This document shows, one piece after another, positions 33,155 to 42,190 of a stretch of DNA of 64,000 nt. This DNA comes from Acinetobacter phage Ab15. The notes below the pieces were generated by a model. It made no database searches and was not told the origin of the DNA. It saw nothing but the letters and a program-made list of their open reading frames with translations. The translations under genes and the position numbers were made by a program. Where the stretch lies: sequence record PP763259.1. One strand, 5' to 3'. Each line of letters begins with the position of its first letter. Within the stretch, counting starts at the first letter, position 1.

Positions 33155-34729
33155 ATGTCAAGAGCACACAGTATTATGCGCTTGAGTGAATCTGTTTTCA
33201 ATACCCCACAATACATGCTTCCAGAGCACTTTGAAAAGCTTACCAGTTATATGATTGATCGTAACACTGGTAAGTTAGCTTGGCAAGTAGATATTGGTGC
33301 TGAAAAAGAAAGAGCAGCAAAAGAAAAAGCTGAAAAGGATAAAGACAAGGTTTTAGCCTTAGATCCAGTTAAAGCAAATTCATTCAAACGACCTGACTTC
33401 TCACAGTATCCAGAAGAAACTCGTGAGCAAGCTCGACAAGATTATTATGACTTCATTCAATATGACCCTAAGAATAAATTAGGTGTTTTAAATATTGAAG
33501 GTACTACTGTTTACAGAAGTACCCCCTTCGAGGCTATGTGTGGGATGACCTCTTACCAAAGACTCGAACGTACTATCAAGGCACAAATAGCAGAGGGTGC
33601 TAAAACCATCCTCATGTATGTTGATAGTGGAGGTGGTGAAGCATTCGGAAATATTGAAACAGCAGTTAACTTGAGAAATATTGCAGATGCATCTGGGGCT
33701 AAATTAATAGCCTATATCGATGGTAAATCTGCTTCAGCAGCTTATGCTTTATCAGTAGTAGCTCATACAGTGGTAGCAAATCCAGACTCAGAAGTGGGTT
33801 CAATTGGGGTTGTTGCTTCACTGATTGAGGATACCACAAAAGAAGAAGGTATACAAACAATCACACTCTTTAGAGGTGATAACAAAGTAGCAACTGATGA
33901 TGAAGGACGTTTTAAAGAAGGCTTCATTCAAAGAATCAACAACACACTTGATCGTTTATATGGTGTATTCACAGGTCACGTAGCTAAGTACAGAAACATG
34001 GATGTCAAGGATGTTGTAGCAACACAAGCTTCTATGTATACCGCAGAGAAAGCCCTAGAGGTTGGCTTGGTGGATGTATTAATGACTCGTGCAGATTTCT
34101 TTGGTGATTACCTTCCAAGACAAACCCAAAGAGTTAACTCTTTAAGTTTCAGTCCGTTTGCTGAAACTACCAAGTTCAAAACAACATGTGAGGATGTAAA
34201 ACAAATGGACGTAAAAGATTTAGATTTAAACCAAAAAGATAATCCAGAAGTAGTAACCCTGCAAAAATCTGAATATGAAGATTTGATGACTAAGGTTTCT
34301 GCTACTGATGAACAAATTAAATTGGCTATTGATGCTGCATTAGCTGAACAAGCTGATACACACCAACAAGCACTTCAAGCATTACAAGCTGATATTGCAC
34401 AAAAAGAAGTTGACTTACAAGCTTTAACTGAACGTGCACAACTAGCTGAACAAAGTTTAATTGATCTAAAACATGAAACTTTAATGGCTGACCGCAGAGA
34501 AAAACTTGAGAAAGTTCTTGCAGTTGACCAAGTAGAAGGTGCAATGCAACTGGCTGCTACATTTAGTGATGAGCAATTCGAAGCTTATCATGCAACACTT
34601 TCAAGTGTTTACCAAAAATCAAAAGACAGTCTTAAAGAGAAGGGTACAAAGGCAAATGATGAAGAGCCTACCAAAGACTATTCTTCTATTTTAGGTGCTG
34701 CAATTCAAAAACACAATCAATCTCGATAA
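33155..34729 (+). CDS. prohead protease (S49/ClpP-like) fused to scaffolding domain
   Basis: It has the YVDSGGGEAFG...YIDGKSASAAYALS motif region typical of SppA/ClpP-family proteases. The C-terminal 200 aa are Q/A/L/E-rich coiled coil (QQALQALQADIAQKEVDLQAL). Confidence 0.7.
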   Translation: MSRAHSIMRLSESVFNTPQYMLPEHFEKLTSYMIDRNTGKLAWQVDIGAEKERAAKEKAEKDKDKVLALDPVKANSFKRPDFSQYPEETREQARQDYYDFIQYDPKNKLGVLNIEGTTVYRSTPFEAMCGMTSYQRLERTIKAQIAEGAKTILMYVDSGGGEAFGNIETAVNLRNIADASGAKLIAYIDGKSASAAYALSVVAHTVVANPDSEVGSIGVVASLIEDTTKEEGIQTITLFRGDNKVATDDEGRFKEGFIQRINNTLDRLYGVFTGHVAKYRNMDVKDVVATQASMYTAEKALEVGLVDVLMTRADFFGDYLPRQTQRVNSLSFSPFAETTKFKTTCEDVKQMDVKDLDLNQKDNPEVVTLQKSEYEDLMTKVSATDEQIKLAIDAALAEQADTHQQALQALQADIAQKEVDLQALTERAQLAEQSLIDLKHETLMADRREKLEKVLAVDQVEGAMQLAATFSDEQFEAYHATLSSVYQKSKDSLKEKGTKANDEEPTKDYSSILGAAIQKHNQSR

Positions 34730-34747
34730 TTAGAGGAAGTTCAACAT

Positions 34748-35212
34748 ATGGCAACTTTAGATTTAAATGCATTGTTTAATCTTGGTCACACCGAGTTTTC
34801 TGATGTTTTCCAGACTGAAGCTGGTACAACTATTGGTTATGTTCGTAAGAACATCACAGTAACAGGTACGGCTGGTACAACTTTACAAATCGGTCACATC
34901 TTACAAGATAATGGAGATGGTACTGCCACAATCCCTGCAACTACAGCTTCAATTACAAACCCTGTAATTTACTGTGGTGATGACCCTTACAAACAACAAG
35001 CTGATGGTAAGCGTGACTGGAATTCAAATACAACTGTATTCACAGCAGATAACCTTACACAAGATGTTGTAGTTGTTTATCGTGGTCGTGTTGGTGTAGG
35101 TACATCTTACCTAGTATTCCCTGCCGATGTAACTCCAACTACTCGTGCAGCAGTTTACAAAGCTCTTGACGACAAAGGCTTCAAGATCATCAGACAAATC
35201 GCTAAATACTAA
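34748..35212 (+). CDS. head decoration / small capsid-associated protein (positional)
   Basis: 154 aa, Thr/Gly-rich, located between the protease-scaffold and the major capsid gene. Confidence 0.4.
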   Translation: MATLDLNALFNLGHTEFSDVFQTEAGTTIGYVRKNITVTGTAGTTLQIGHILQDNGDGTATIPATTASITNPVIYCGDDPYKQQADGKRDWNSNTTVFTADNLTQDVVVVYRGRVGVGTSYLVFPADVTPTTRAAVYKALDDKGFKIIRQIAKY

Positions 35213-35317
35213 TTTTAAGATATTTACGAAAAATAGTCAAAAGGAATTGATGGTGGGTGGGATGAATTTGTTTCGCCACTCATCCCATAACACTTTCAAA
35301 TATGAGGAATTTATAAT

Positions 35318-36388
35318 ATGCCAACTATTCGCAATCCATTAGATTTCAGCACTACTCTTGATCTTACTGATGCTATTAATGAGATCGTACCAGAGTATGG
35401 TGCTTTTAACAACTCTGGATTATTTAATAAACGTGGTACAACTCAGGAAGCTGTACTTTACGAAATCAACCAAGGCGCTCGTAGCTCAATGGTTGGTACA
35501 ACTTCTCGTAGAGAACGTAACACTGTTAAAGACGCTCGTGGGCGTGTTAAACAACAAGCTCTCTACATTCCTTACATCAAACACAGCGCACAAATCGCTC
35601 GTGAAGATGTAGCGTATGTTGTACGTGACTGGAAAGAGCTTACTGTTGAATCAGTAACAGAGTTATACGTAGACAAGCTTGCAAGCTTACGTAGAAACTT
35701 AGAGCAATCTCATGAATATATGGCTGTAACAGCTACACAAGGTATCACTCGTGATCCTCTAGATGGTTCTGTGATTGTTGACATGTTCGCTATCAATGGC
35801 GTTACACAAACAGTTCATACTTGGAACTTCACTGACCCTAACTTCGACCTTATTGGTGCGATTCGTAAGTTAAAAACTGACTTAACTCGTGCCAACCTTT
35901 GGGGTGGTGTGATTCAGTCAGTGGACGTACCAGTAGGTGAAGCGTTGTTTAATGCTATCGTAACACACCCTCAATTAGCTGAACTTTATGTTCTTGCTAT
36001 GACTGGTCGTGGTCAAGAAGCAATCAACAACTCTCGTCCTTGGGCGACAGAAACAATGACTCGTTACGGTATTGCTTCTACGTTTACATTTGATGGTGTA
36101 CGTTTCATGACTTACCCTTCAACATTCCGTACAGAGCAAGGTGACTTGATTGAACCTATCGCTAATAACGAAGGTCACACAATTGTACGTGGTTTATCTG
36201 GTATGTATGAAGCTCGCTTCGCTCCAGACAACAACCTTGACACAATTGGTCAAGTAGGTCAAGAGATTTTCGCATGGCGTACTCCATTGATCGAACGTCA
36301 CCACTTCGAAATCATCACTGAAACAAGCCCAATCTACTTCGCTACACATCCTGAATTAATCTTCAAGATCGTAGGTACATTGGCTTAA
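35318..36388 (+). CDS. major capsid protein
   Basis: 356 aa. It lies downstream of the protease-scaffold with a strong SD and has high codon regularity. A hairpin follows the stop. Confidence 0.65.
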   Translation: MPTIRNPLDFSTTLDLTDAINEIVPEYGAFNNSGLFNKRGTTQEAVLYEINQGARSSMVGTTSRRERNTVKDARGRVKQQALYIPYIKHSAQIAREDVAYVVRDWKELTVESVTELYVDKLASLRRNLEQSHEYMAVTATQGITRDPLDGSVIVDMFAINGVTQTVHTWNFTDPNFDLIGAIRKLKTDLTRANLWGGVIQSVDVPVGEALFNAIVTHPQLAELYVLAMTGRGQEAINNSRPWATETMTRYGIASTFTFDGVRFMTYPSTFRTEQGDLIEPIANNEGHTIVRGLSGMYEARFAPDNNLDTIGQVGQEIFAWRTPLIERHHFEIITETSPIYFATHPELIFKIVGTLA

Positions 36389-36391
36389 TCA

Positions 36392-36450
36392 GTCAAATGA
36401 ATAACCTTCTAGGCTATCTTTCTAGGTAGCCTAGATAACTTTATCTAAAG
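36392..36450 (+). other. 8-bp stem hairpin after capsid gene (transcript-stabilising or attenuating element)
   Basis: ctaggcta-N10-tagcctag. No T-run follows. Confidence 0.3.
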
Positions 36451-36505
36451 GCATTTCATAAGGTTTAGAGATGTTTTTACATAAAGTTATTTCTAGGAGA
36501 ATGTA

Positions 36506-37054
36506 ATGGCATTTACATATACAGGCGATCCATCAAACAATAAAATCGATGAGCTTAGATTACTCTTAGGTGACTTAGATGAAAGACAACCAATCTACCA
36601 AGATGAAGAGATTCAATACTTTTTAGATCAAGCTGATGGTAACGTGAAGGTAGCCTTCTACTTAGCTATTGGTGCTATGATTCCAAAGTTTACCCGAATG
36701 GCTAGAGAAAGGGCTGGACAAATCGAAGTTTATGCTGGTGATTACTTCAACCACTACTTACAGTGGATTAAGATGTTAATGAAGCCAACTTCACCATCAT
36801 TCCAGTTAAGAGAAGACGCTCTTTTTTACGGTGGTATTGAGAAGGCTCAGTCACAGCAATACTTCCTAGACCCTTCTATTGTTGCACAACCATTCTATAG
36901 AGGACAATTCTTCAGAATGCCAACTATGATGGGATATCGTAGATTAACCCCTACGGGATTCGCTGAGGTTGATGAAAGTGGAAGACTTTTAGGTTTTGTG
37001 AGGGATGTAGCACTACCAGCAGTTATTGATGATTCTGATGTGCCAAATCCTTAA
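36506..37054 (+). CDS. head-tail connector / head completion protein (positional)
   Basis: 182 aa. Confidence 0.4.
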   Translation: MAFTYTGDPSNNKIDELRLLLGDLDERQPIYQDEEIQYFLDQADGNVKVAFYLAIGAMIPKFTRMARERAGQIEVYAGDYFNHYLQWIKMLMKPTSPSFQLREDALFYGGIEKAQSQQYFLDPSIVAQPFYRGQFFRMPTMMGYRRLTPTGFAEVDESGRLLGFVRDVALPAVIDDSDVPNP

Positions 37055-37063
37055 GGAGTAAGT

Positions 37064-37669
37064 ATGGCTAGGGGTGGATTACCTGAATGGCAAAAGGCCA
37101 GATACAGAACAACATATGCTGGAAAGAAAGCCTATACGGTTAGACATAAGAACCTAACCATGCATGTGAATACTGAAAAGTTAGAAGCTCTGAAAGGTGA
37201 ACTTGTTAACCTATCTCTTCAACATTTACGTTACGGCATTGTAGATGACAATAGATATCCTACAAGTGACCCTAGAGGTAGAGGTGGGATGTATGTAGCA
37301 ACCATTTGGAAGCGTCTTGAGTTTGGTTCAGTAGATGAGATCAATGGTAAAGCCAGAGTTATTCCACCACGACCAACATTTACACAACATGTGCACACTG
37401 GTGGTAAAGGGACAGCAAAACTTGTAATGATGGATATCATGCACGATGTCTTTACAGGTAAATCTGTTAGGGATAAAGCATGGGTGAAGTTAGGTTTAGC
37501 AATGCAATCTCGTCTTAAATTCGATGTAATGACTCAGAAAGGTTTTGTTCCATTGAAGTTACCTAGTTGGTCCGATAGATCCCCAACAGACTTCTATAAT
37601 GATACAGGTCATTTAATTAGAAGTATTTCTTATCGAATTATGCCTATAGGTTTAGATTTTAGCAAGTGA
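37064..37669 (+). CDS. head-tail joining protein (positional)
   Basis: 201 aa. Confidence 0.4.
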   Translation: MARGGLPEWQKARYRTTYAGKKAYTVRHKNLTMHVNTEKLEALKGELVNLSLQHLRYGIVDDNRYPTSDPRGRGGMYVATIWKRLEFGSVDEINGKARVIPPRPTFTQHVHTGGKGTAKLVMMDIMHDVFTGKSVRDKAWVKLGLAMQSRLKFDVMTQKGFVPLKLPSWSDRSPTDFYNDTGHLIRSISYRIMPIGLDFSK

Positions 37670-37687
37670 TTTAGTGGAGATTAAAAT

Positions 37688-38098
37688 ATGGAAATTATGC
37701 CACTATCATCACCTACGGGGCGTGTCAATTTAAAAGTATTGAGACATGTTGGTGGGTATTACGATGAAGATGGGATGTGGGTTGGTGGTCAATATCAAGA
37801 GATCTCTGTTATTGCCAATGTTCAACCAGCTAACAGATGGAACGTACAACAACAATTAAAAGAAGGGGACAGACAGAAAGATACAATCTTAGTTCTCTGT
37901 TACGACAATCTTGTCAAAGCAGATGACAGGGCTGATCCTTCAGGGAATCCTCAAGTTAAAACCAAAGCTGATATTGTTGTCTGGAAAGATAAATACTATG
38001 AGGTAAAAACAGCAGAACCTTATGAAATGGGTGTGCTCAATCACTGTGAATGTATTTGTGTAAGGCTAGATGATGAATCACCATTTATTGGAGGTTGA
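37688..38098 (+). CDS. head-tail adaptor (positional)
   Basis: 136 aa, with an ATGA overlap against the next gene. Confidence 0.4.
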   Translation: MEIMPLSSPTGRVNLKVLRHVGGYYDEDGMWVGGQYQEISVIANVQPANRWNVQQQLKEGDRQKDTILVLCYDNLVKADDRADPSGNPQVKTKADIVVWKDKYYEVKTAEPYEMGVLNHCECICVRLDDESPFIGG

Positions 38099-38667
38099 TC
38101 ATGCAAGACAGAAGACAATTCTCAAGAGCATTTAGAGAGTTGATGCCAGATGTACAGTTCTACTGGTCTGGACAAGAAGGTGTAAAACTAACTCCCCCAA
38201 TGGTTCTATTTGATGTTTTAGCTGATGAAATTGTTGGTATGGGTGAAAAACCAACCTCAACCGCACCAAGAGATGTAGCTGGTGATACTGACTATGTTGG
38301 ACGTTATGGGGAAACTAGAGAGGTAGTCGTTCGGGTTTCCTTTATAGGTAAATTTACTGATAGCACATATGCTAATTCCAGAAAGTTTATGGCAATCGTA
38401 AAAAGTTTTCAAGGAAGAAGTGCATTTTACCGACAGGGATTGTCTTTAGCAGGTGTCTCTCCGATGAGGCCAGTTGATGTTTCTACAGAGACTACAGCCT
38501 ATACAAACAACTATGTGGATCTTACCCTTAGATATAAATCAATCTTTGAATTTAATTTAGAGCCTATTGAAGAAGTAGAAGTGAGCCATGTTCTCACTAT
38601 TGACGAAGATTTAGGGACTCCAGAACCTGACTACACAATAACAGGTACAAACACTATCACCAGATAA
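38095..38667 (+). CDS. tail completion / neck protein (positional)
   Basis: 190 aa. Confidence 0.4.
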   Translation: MIMQDRRQFSRAFRELMPDVQFYWSGQEGVKLTPPMVLFDVLADEIVGMGEKPTSTAPRDVAGDTDYVGRYGETREVVVRVSFIGKFTDSTYANSRKFMAIVKSFQGRSAFYRQGLSLAGVSPMRPVDVSTETTAYTNNYVDLTLRYKSIFEFNLEPIEEVEVSHVLTIDEDLGTPEPDYTITGTNTITR

Positions 38668-38680
38668 AAGAGGAAGAAAA

Positions 38681-39709
38681 ATGGCTTCAAAACTTTCTGA
38701 AGTAGTGAATGTTGTTATTAGAAGAGAGACTAGTTTCATCCGTGAAGCTGATTTAAACACAATGGCTATTGTCTCAAATAACACAACATTTACAGATGCA
38801 TACCGCATCTACACTAATATTGATCAAATTTTAGATGATGGCTTTGATACAGATTCTTATGTTTATAAAGCAGCAGCAATGGCTTTTGGACAAGAAATTA
38901 AACCAGCTAAGATTGTTGTTACAGGTGGTGCTGTTGCAACTGGCGAGTATGTTACAAAGCTTACAAGTACATTAAGTGCATATAACCAATTTTTATACGT
39001 TGTCACAGATGCTACAGCAGATGCAGATATTCTTGCAATTGCAGCTTATGTGGAAACACAAGAGTTATTTTATGGAGTTACTATGACTGATATTACAGCA
39101 CAAGGCAACTTGATGACTCAGCTAAAAACTCTTGGCTACGATCGTACACTTGTTTTATTCAATGAAAATACTACAGGAACTATCCCAGAAGCTGGATGGA
39201 TTGCTAGATTCGGTTCTGAGCAAGCTGGAAGTATCACTTGGGTTCTTAAACCAGTCAAAGGTCTTTTACCATCAAAACTTTCTGAAACACAGAAAACATT
39301 CTTAGAGACTAACAACGTTTCATGGCTAGACAGTTATGAAGACGATGCAGTTATCTCTAATCGTGGTGGTAAGGTTGCTTCTGGTGAGTGGATCGATGTA
39401 ATGCTTGGGGTTCAGTGGATTATCACTCGCTTGAGAGAAGCAGTTTACAACGTTCTAAGAAACCAACGTAAAGTAGGTATGAGTAATGAAGGGGTTGCTT
39501 TAATTGAGGCACCAATTCGTAGAGTTTTAGAACAAGCTATCCTGTTTGGTATCTTGGCAAGAGAACCACAATATTCTCTTATCATGCCTGATGTTCTAGC
39601 ATTGACACCAGCAGAACGTAACTCTCGTAAACTTAAAGGCATCACTTTCAGAGCTAGACTTGAAGGTGCTATTCACTATGTTGACATTGAAGGTACTGTT
39701 TACCCTTAA
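38681..39709 (+). CDS. tail sheath-like / major tail protein
   Basis: 342 aa, immediately upstream of three tube-like paralogs. The downstream gpV/gpW/gpJ-type baseplate implies a contractile tail. Confidence 0.45.
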   Translation: MASKLSEVVNVVIRRETSFIREADLNTMAIVSNNTTFTDAYRIYTNIDQILDDGFDTDSYVYKAAAMAFGQEIKPAKIVVTGGAVATGEYVTKLTSTLSAYNQFLYVVTDATADADILAIAAYVETQELFYGVTMTDITAQGNLMTQLKTLGYDRTLVLFNENTTGTIPEAGWIARFGSEQAGSITWVLKPVKGLLPSKLSETQKTFLETNNVSWLDSYEDDAVISNRGGKVASGEWIDVMLGVQWIITRLREAVYNVLRNQRKVGMSNEGVALIEAPIRRVLEQAILFGILAREPQYSLIMPDVLALTPAERNSRKLKGITFRARLEGAIHYVDIEGTVYP

Positions 39710-39746
39710 TCCGAGGGTAAACTTACTTAAAATAAGGAGAGTTTAG

Positions 39747-40274
39747 ATGGCTGAACAAAACTTAGGTACATACAGTGCTGAAGAAGTTCAAGTAATTTTA
39801 GAGCAAGAAAGTACAGGTCTAGTTTATAGGGTTGTAGGTTTCATGGAAGATTCTATGGTTACTATAACACCTTCAGTAGATACATACACACCATACAATG
39901 GTGCAGATAATACTGGTGCCCGTATTCACAATGGTAACAGAAGTGCAAACGTGGTTTTATCTCTACAACAAACTTCACCTTCGAACGATGTCTTAACAAG
40001 ACTACTTCAAAAGGATGTTCGTTCACGTAGAAATGAAGGTCTCTTCTCAGTAATGATTAAAGATGCTTCTGGACGTACTGTTGCGACAGCACGACAAGCA
40101 TACATTACAAGACTACCAGAAATCACTTACACAAACAACATGTCAGTGCGTGAATGGAATATTTATGCATACAACTCAGAAATCTTCGTTGGTGGTAACG
40201 CTATGTTAGAACCAGAAGTTGTAGATGCTTTAACAACACTTGAAGCACCTATCGACAACACTTGGGTTGACTAA
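39747..40274 (+). CDS. tail tube protein (paralog 1)
   Basis: 175 aa. The SLQQTSPSNDVLTRLLQ motif is shared with the next two genes. Confidence 0.5.
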   Translation: MAEQNLGTYSAEEVQVILEQESTGLVYRVVGFMEDSMVTITPSVDTYTPYNGADNTGARIHNGNRSANVVLSLQQTSPSNDVLTRLLQKDVRSRRNEGLFSVMIKDASGRTVATARQAYITRLPEITYTNNMSVREWNIYAYNSEIFVGGNAMLEPEVVDALTTLEAPIDNTWVD

Positions 40275-40276
40275 TG

Positions 40277-40320
40277 CTTGGGAGGGTTGGGTTTTCCTTC
40301 CCTCCCTTTTTGTTTCTTTG
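40277..40320 (+). terminator. strong rho-independent terminator
   Basis: The hairpin gggaggg...ccctccc is followed by tttttgtttctttg. Confidence 0.6.
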
Positions 40321-40330
40321 AGAGGATATT

Positions 40331-40897
40331 ATGATCAATGAATTGATGTATTACTCACCAATGGATGTGCAATTCACCATTCTTGGAAAAACTATTTCAG
40401 GTTATGCTGAAGACAACTTCATTGTGATTGAGCCTCAAAATGACACATCAACCATGAAGGATTCTCTTGATGGTAGAGTGCAAATAACACAGAAACCTAA
40501 TGCAATGTATACTGTAACTCTTTCATTGCAGCAGACATCACCAGATAACACCTTATTGAGTGCACTACATACAATCTACAAGAGATTTGGTTCAACATTA
40601 AAACTTCCATTGATTATTAAAGATCATAACACAGGGACCACAATGTATGCAACTGATGTTTTCTTTAGAAGGGAACCTACAGTTACTTTTGGTTCAGCTA
40701 TGAATGTACTTAACTGGGAGTTTAATGTAAAGAATCCTTCTTTTGTCATTAGTGGTAACCCTATAGGTGATAATGATGATATTGAAAGAATGATCAACCA
40801 AGCTATTCAAATAGCTGGTTATTTAGATATTGACCTATCTTCAATTTTAGGAACTGTTAATAATCTTTTTGAAGATGTTAGAGACATATTTGTCTAG
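40331..40897 (+). CDS. tail tube protein (paralog 2)
   Basis: 188 aa with SLQQTSPDNTLLSALHT. Confidence 0.5.
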   Translation: MINELMYYSPMDVQFTILGKTISGYAEDNFIVIEPQNDTSTMKDSLDGRVQITQKPNAMYTVTLSLQQTSPDNTLLSALHTIYKRFGSTLKLPLIIKDHNTGTTMYATDVFFRREPTVTFGSAMNVLNWEFNVKNPSFVISGNPIGDNDDIERMINQAIQIAGYLDIDLSSILGTVNNLFEDVRDIFV

Positions 40898-40900
40898 GGA

Positions 40901-41515
40901 GTGAATTATATGGCTGATCTTGATTTTGATCAATACATCAAAGAAAACCCCGACATCTTAGGTCAAACAGTTGATAGAGATTCCTTACTAGGTCCACAAG
41001 CTACAAATACTGTTTTAAAGTCATCAACAAAGGCTTCTGAGAGCTTTGGTAACTTTGTTAAGCAAACCCAAAGTGTTCTTAACAGTAGAGTTTTTACAAC
41101 CCTTAAGAGGATTGCTGGAAAGATTATCTCTAATGGTGAGGGTTCTTATGACCCTTCAAAGCATATCTTTTATGTTGGTGATTTAAAATTAGAGGGTGTT
41201 GTTGAATGTAGAATCAACTACCCCGATGTTTTCAAAACTTACGAAAGTATGGCAATTGGTGGAAACCCTGTAACCAGAAAAAGAAATGGTGTAATTACTA
41301 TGGAGATTGTACTGCAAAGAACCTCCCCTAGTTGTAATGCACTTAATCAAGCATGGGATATCATGTATAGAACTGGTAGGGGAAAACTTAAAATCCACAT
41401 TGTCGATAATGGTGGTATTGGCCTAGATGGTGATGCCATTATTGTTAAAAAACCAGACAATACAATGGATATTGATGGTGCAGATTTTACATATACCTTT
41501 CAATTATTTAGATAA
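40901..41515 (+). CDS. tail tube-like protein (paralog 3)
   Basis: 204 aa with LQRTSPSCNALNQAWD. Confidence 0.45.
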   Translation: MNYMADLDFDQYIKENPDILGQTVDRDSLLGPQATNTVLKSSTKASESFGNFVKQTQSVLNSRVFTTLKRIAGKIISNGEGSYDPSKHIFYVGDLKLEGVVECRINYPDVFKTYESMAIGGNPVTRKRNGVITMEIVLQRTSPSCNALNQAWDIMYRTGRGKLKIHIVDNGGIGLDGDAIIVKKPDNTMDIDGADFTYTFQLFR

Positions 41516-41534
41516 TATCTTTGTTATATAAGGA

Positions 41535-41966
41535 GTGAATATGACACAAGAACTACAACGAGTTGTTACTGTTAACGACAAAGAATACACAATTCAAATC
41601 TTCAAGGGTGAAACCTCAATGGTTATCTTCCATGAGTTAAGCCGTGTAATCATCCCCTTCATTAAGGATTTACAGGATGCCTTCACAACTGAAGATGAAG
41701 CAGAAAAAAGTAAAATGATTTTAAGTGCTCTAGAGAAAGTATTCACTACAGTGGATTATAACACAGCACTCAAACTCTTAAAAACTCTGGTAAGTCAAGT
41801 ATATGGTGCCAATGGCCGTGTAATTGTTCCTAATGATGAATTCGCTAAGAACATTACTTCATGGTACTTGTTAGCTTGGGAAGTTATCTCATTCAACTAC
41901 GCTGATGTTTTTTCCTTTCTCGGTTCAGGAGAGACAGCAGCAGACCTGAAACGAGACTTAATCTAA
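41535..41966 (+). CDS. tail assembly chaperone (G-like)
   Basis: 143 aa, acidic, located immediately upstream of the tape measure gene. A -1 frame extension follows. Confidence 0.55.
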   Translation: MNMTQELQRVVTVNDKEYTIQIFKGETSMVIFHELSRVIIPFIKDLQDAFTTEDEAEKSKMILSALEKVFTTVDYNTALKLLKTLVSQVYGANGRVIVPNDEFAKNITSWYLLAWEVISFNYADVFSFLGSGETAADLKRDLI

Positions 41967-42175
41967 AATTAAGGGCTGAACTTGACAAATTAGATGAAGA
42001 GTTCAGCATGCCTCATGAATGGCTGCAAATACTTAGTGCTAAAAAACCTTTGGTTACCTATATGGAATTAAGGAATATGACATGCTCTGAAGTATACGAT
42101 ATTCTTGAGTTGCAAGATAGTTTAGACCTCTACAGGGATGTTGCTGAATATATCCAAGAGCAAAATAAAAAATAA
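41906..42175 (+). CDS. -1 frameshift extension of tail assembly chaperone (GT-like product)
   Basis: The -1 frame is open from 41906 to about 42175 with no start codon (…KLRAELDKLDEEFSMPHEWLQILSAKKPLVTYMELRNMTCSEVYDILELQDSLDLYRDVAEYIQEQNKK). A T7 run (gttttttcc, 41907-41915) in the 0 frame could serve as the slip site. Confidence 0.45.
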   Translation, partial: CFFLSRFRRDSSRPETRLNLKLRAELDKLDEEFSMPHEWLQILSAKKPLVTYMELRNMTCSEVYDILELQDSLDLYRDVAEYIQEQNKK

Positions 42176-42190
42176 TTGTGAGGTAATATA

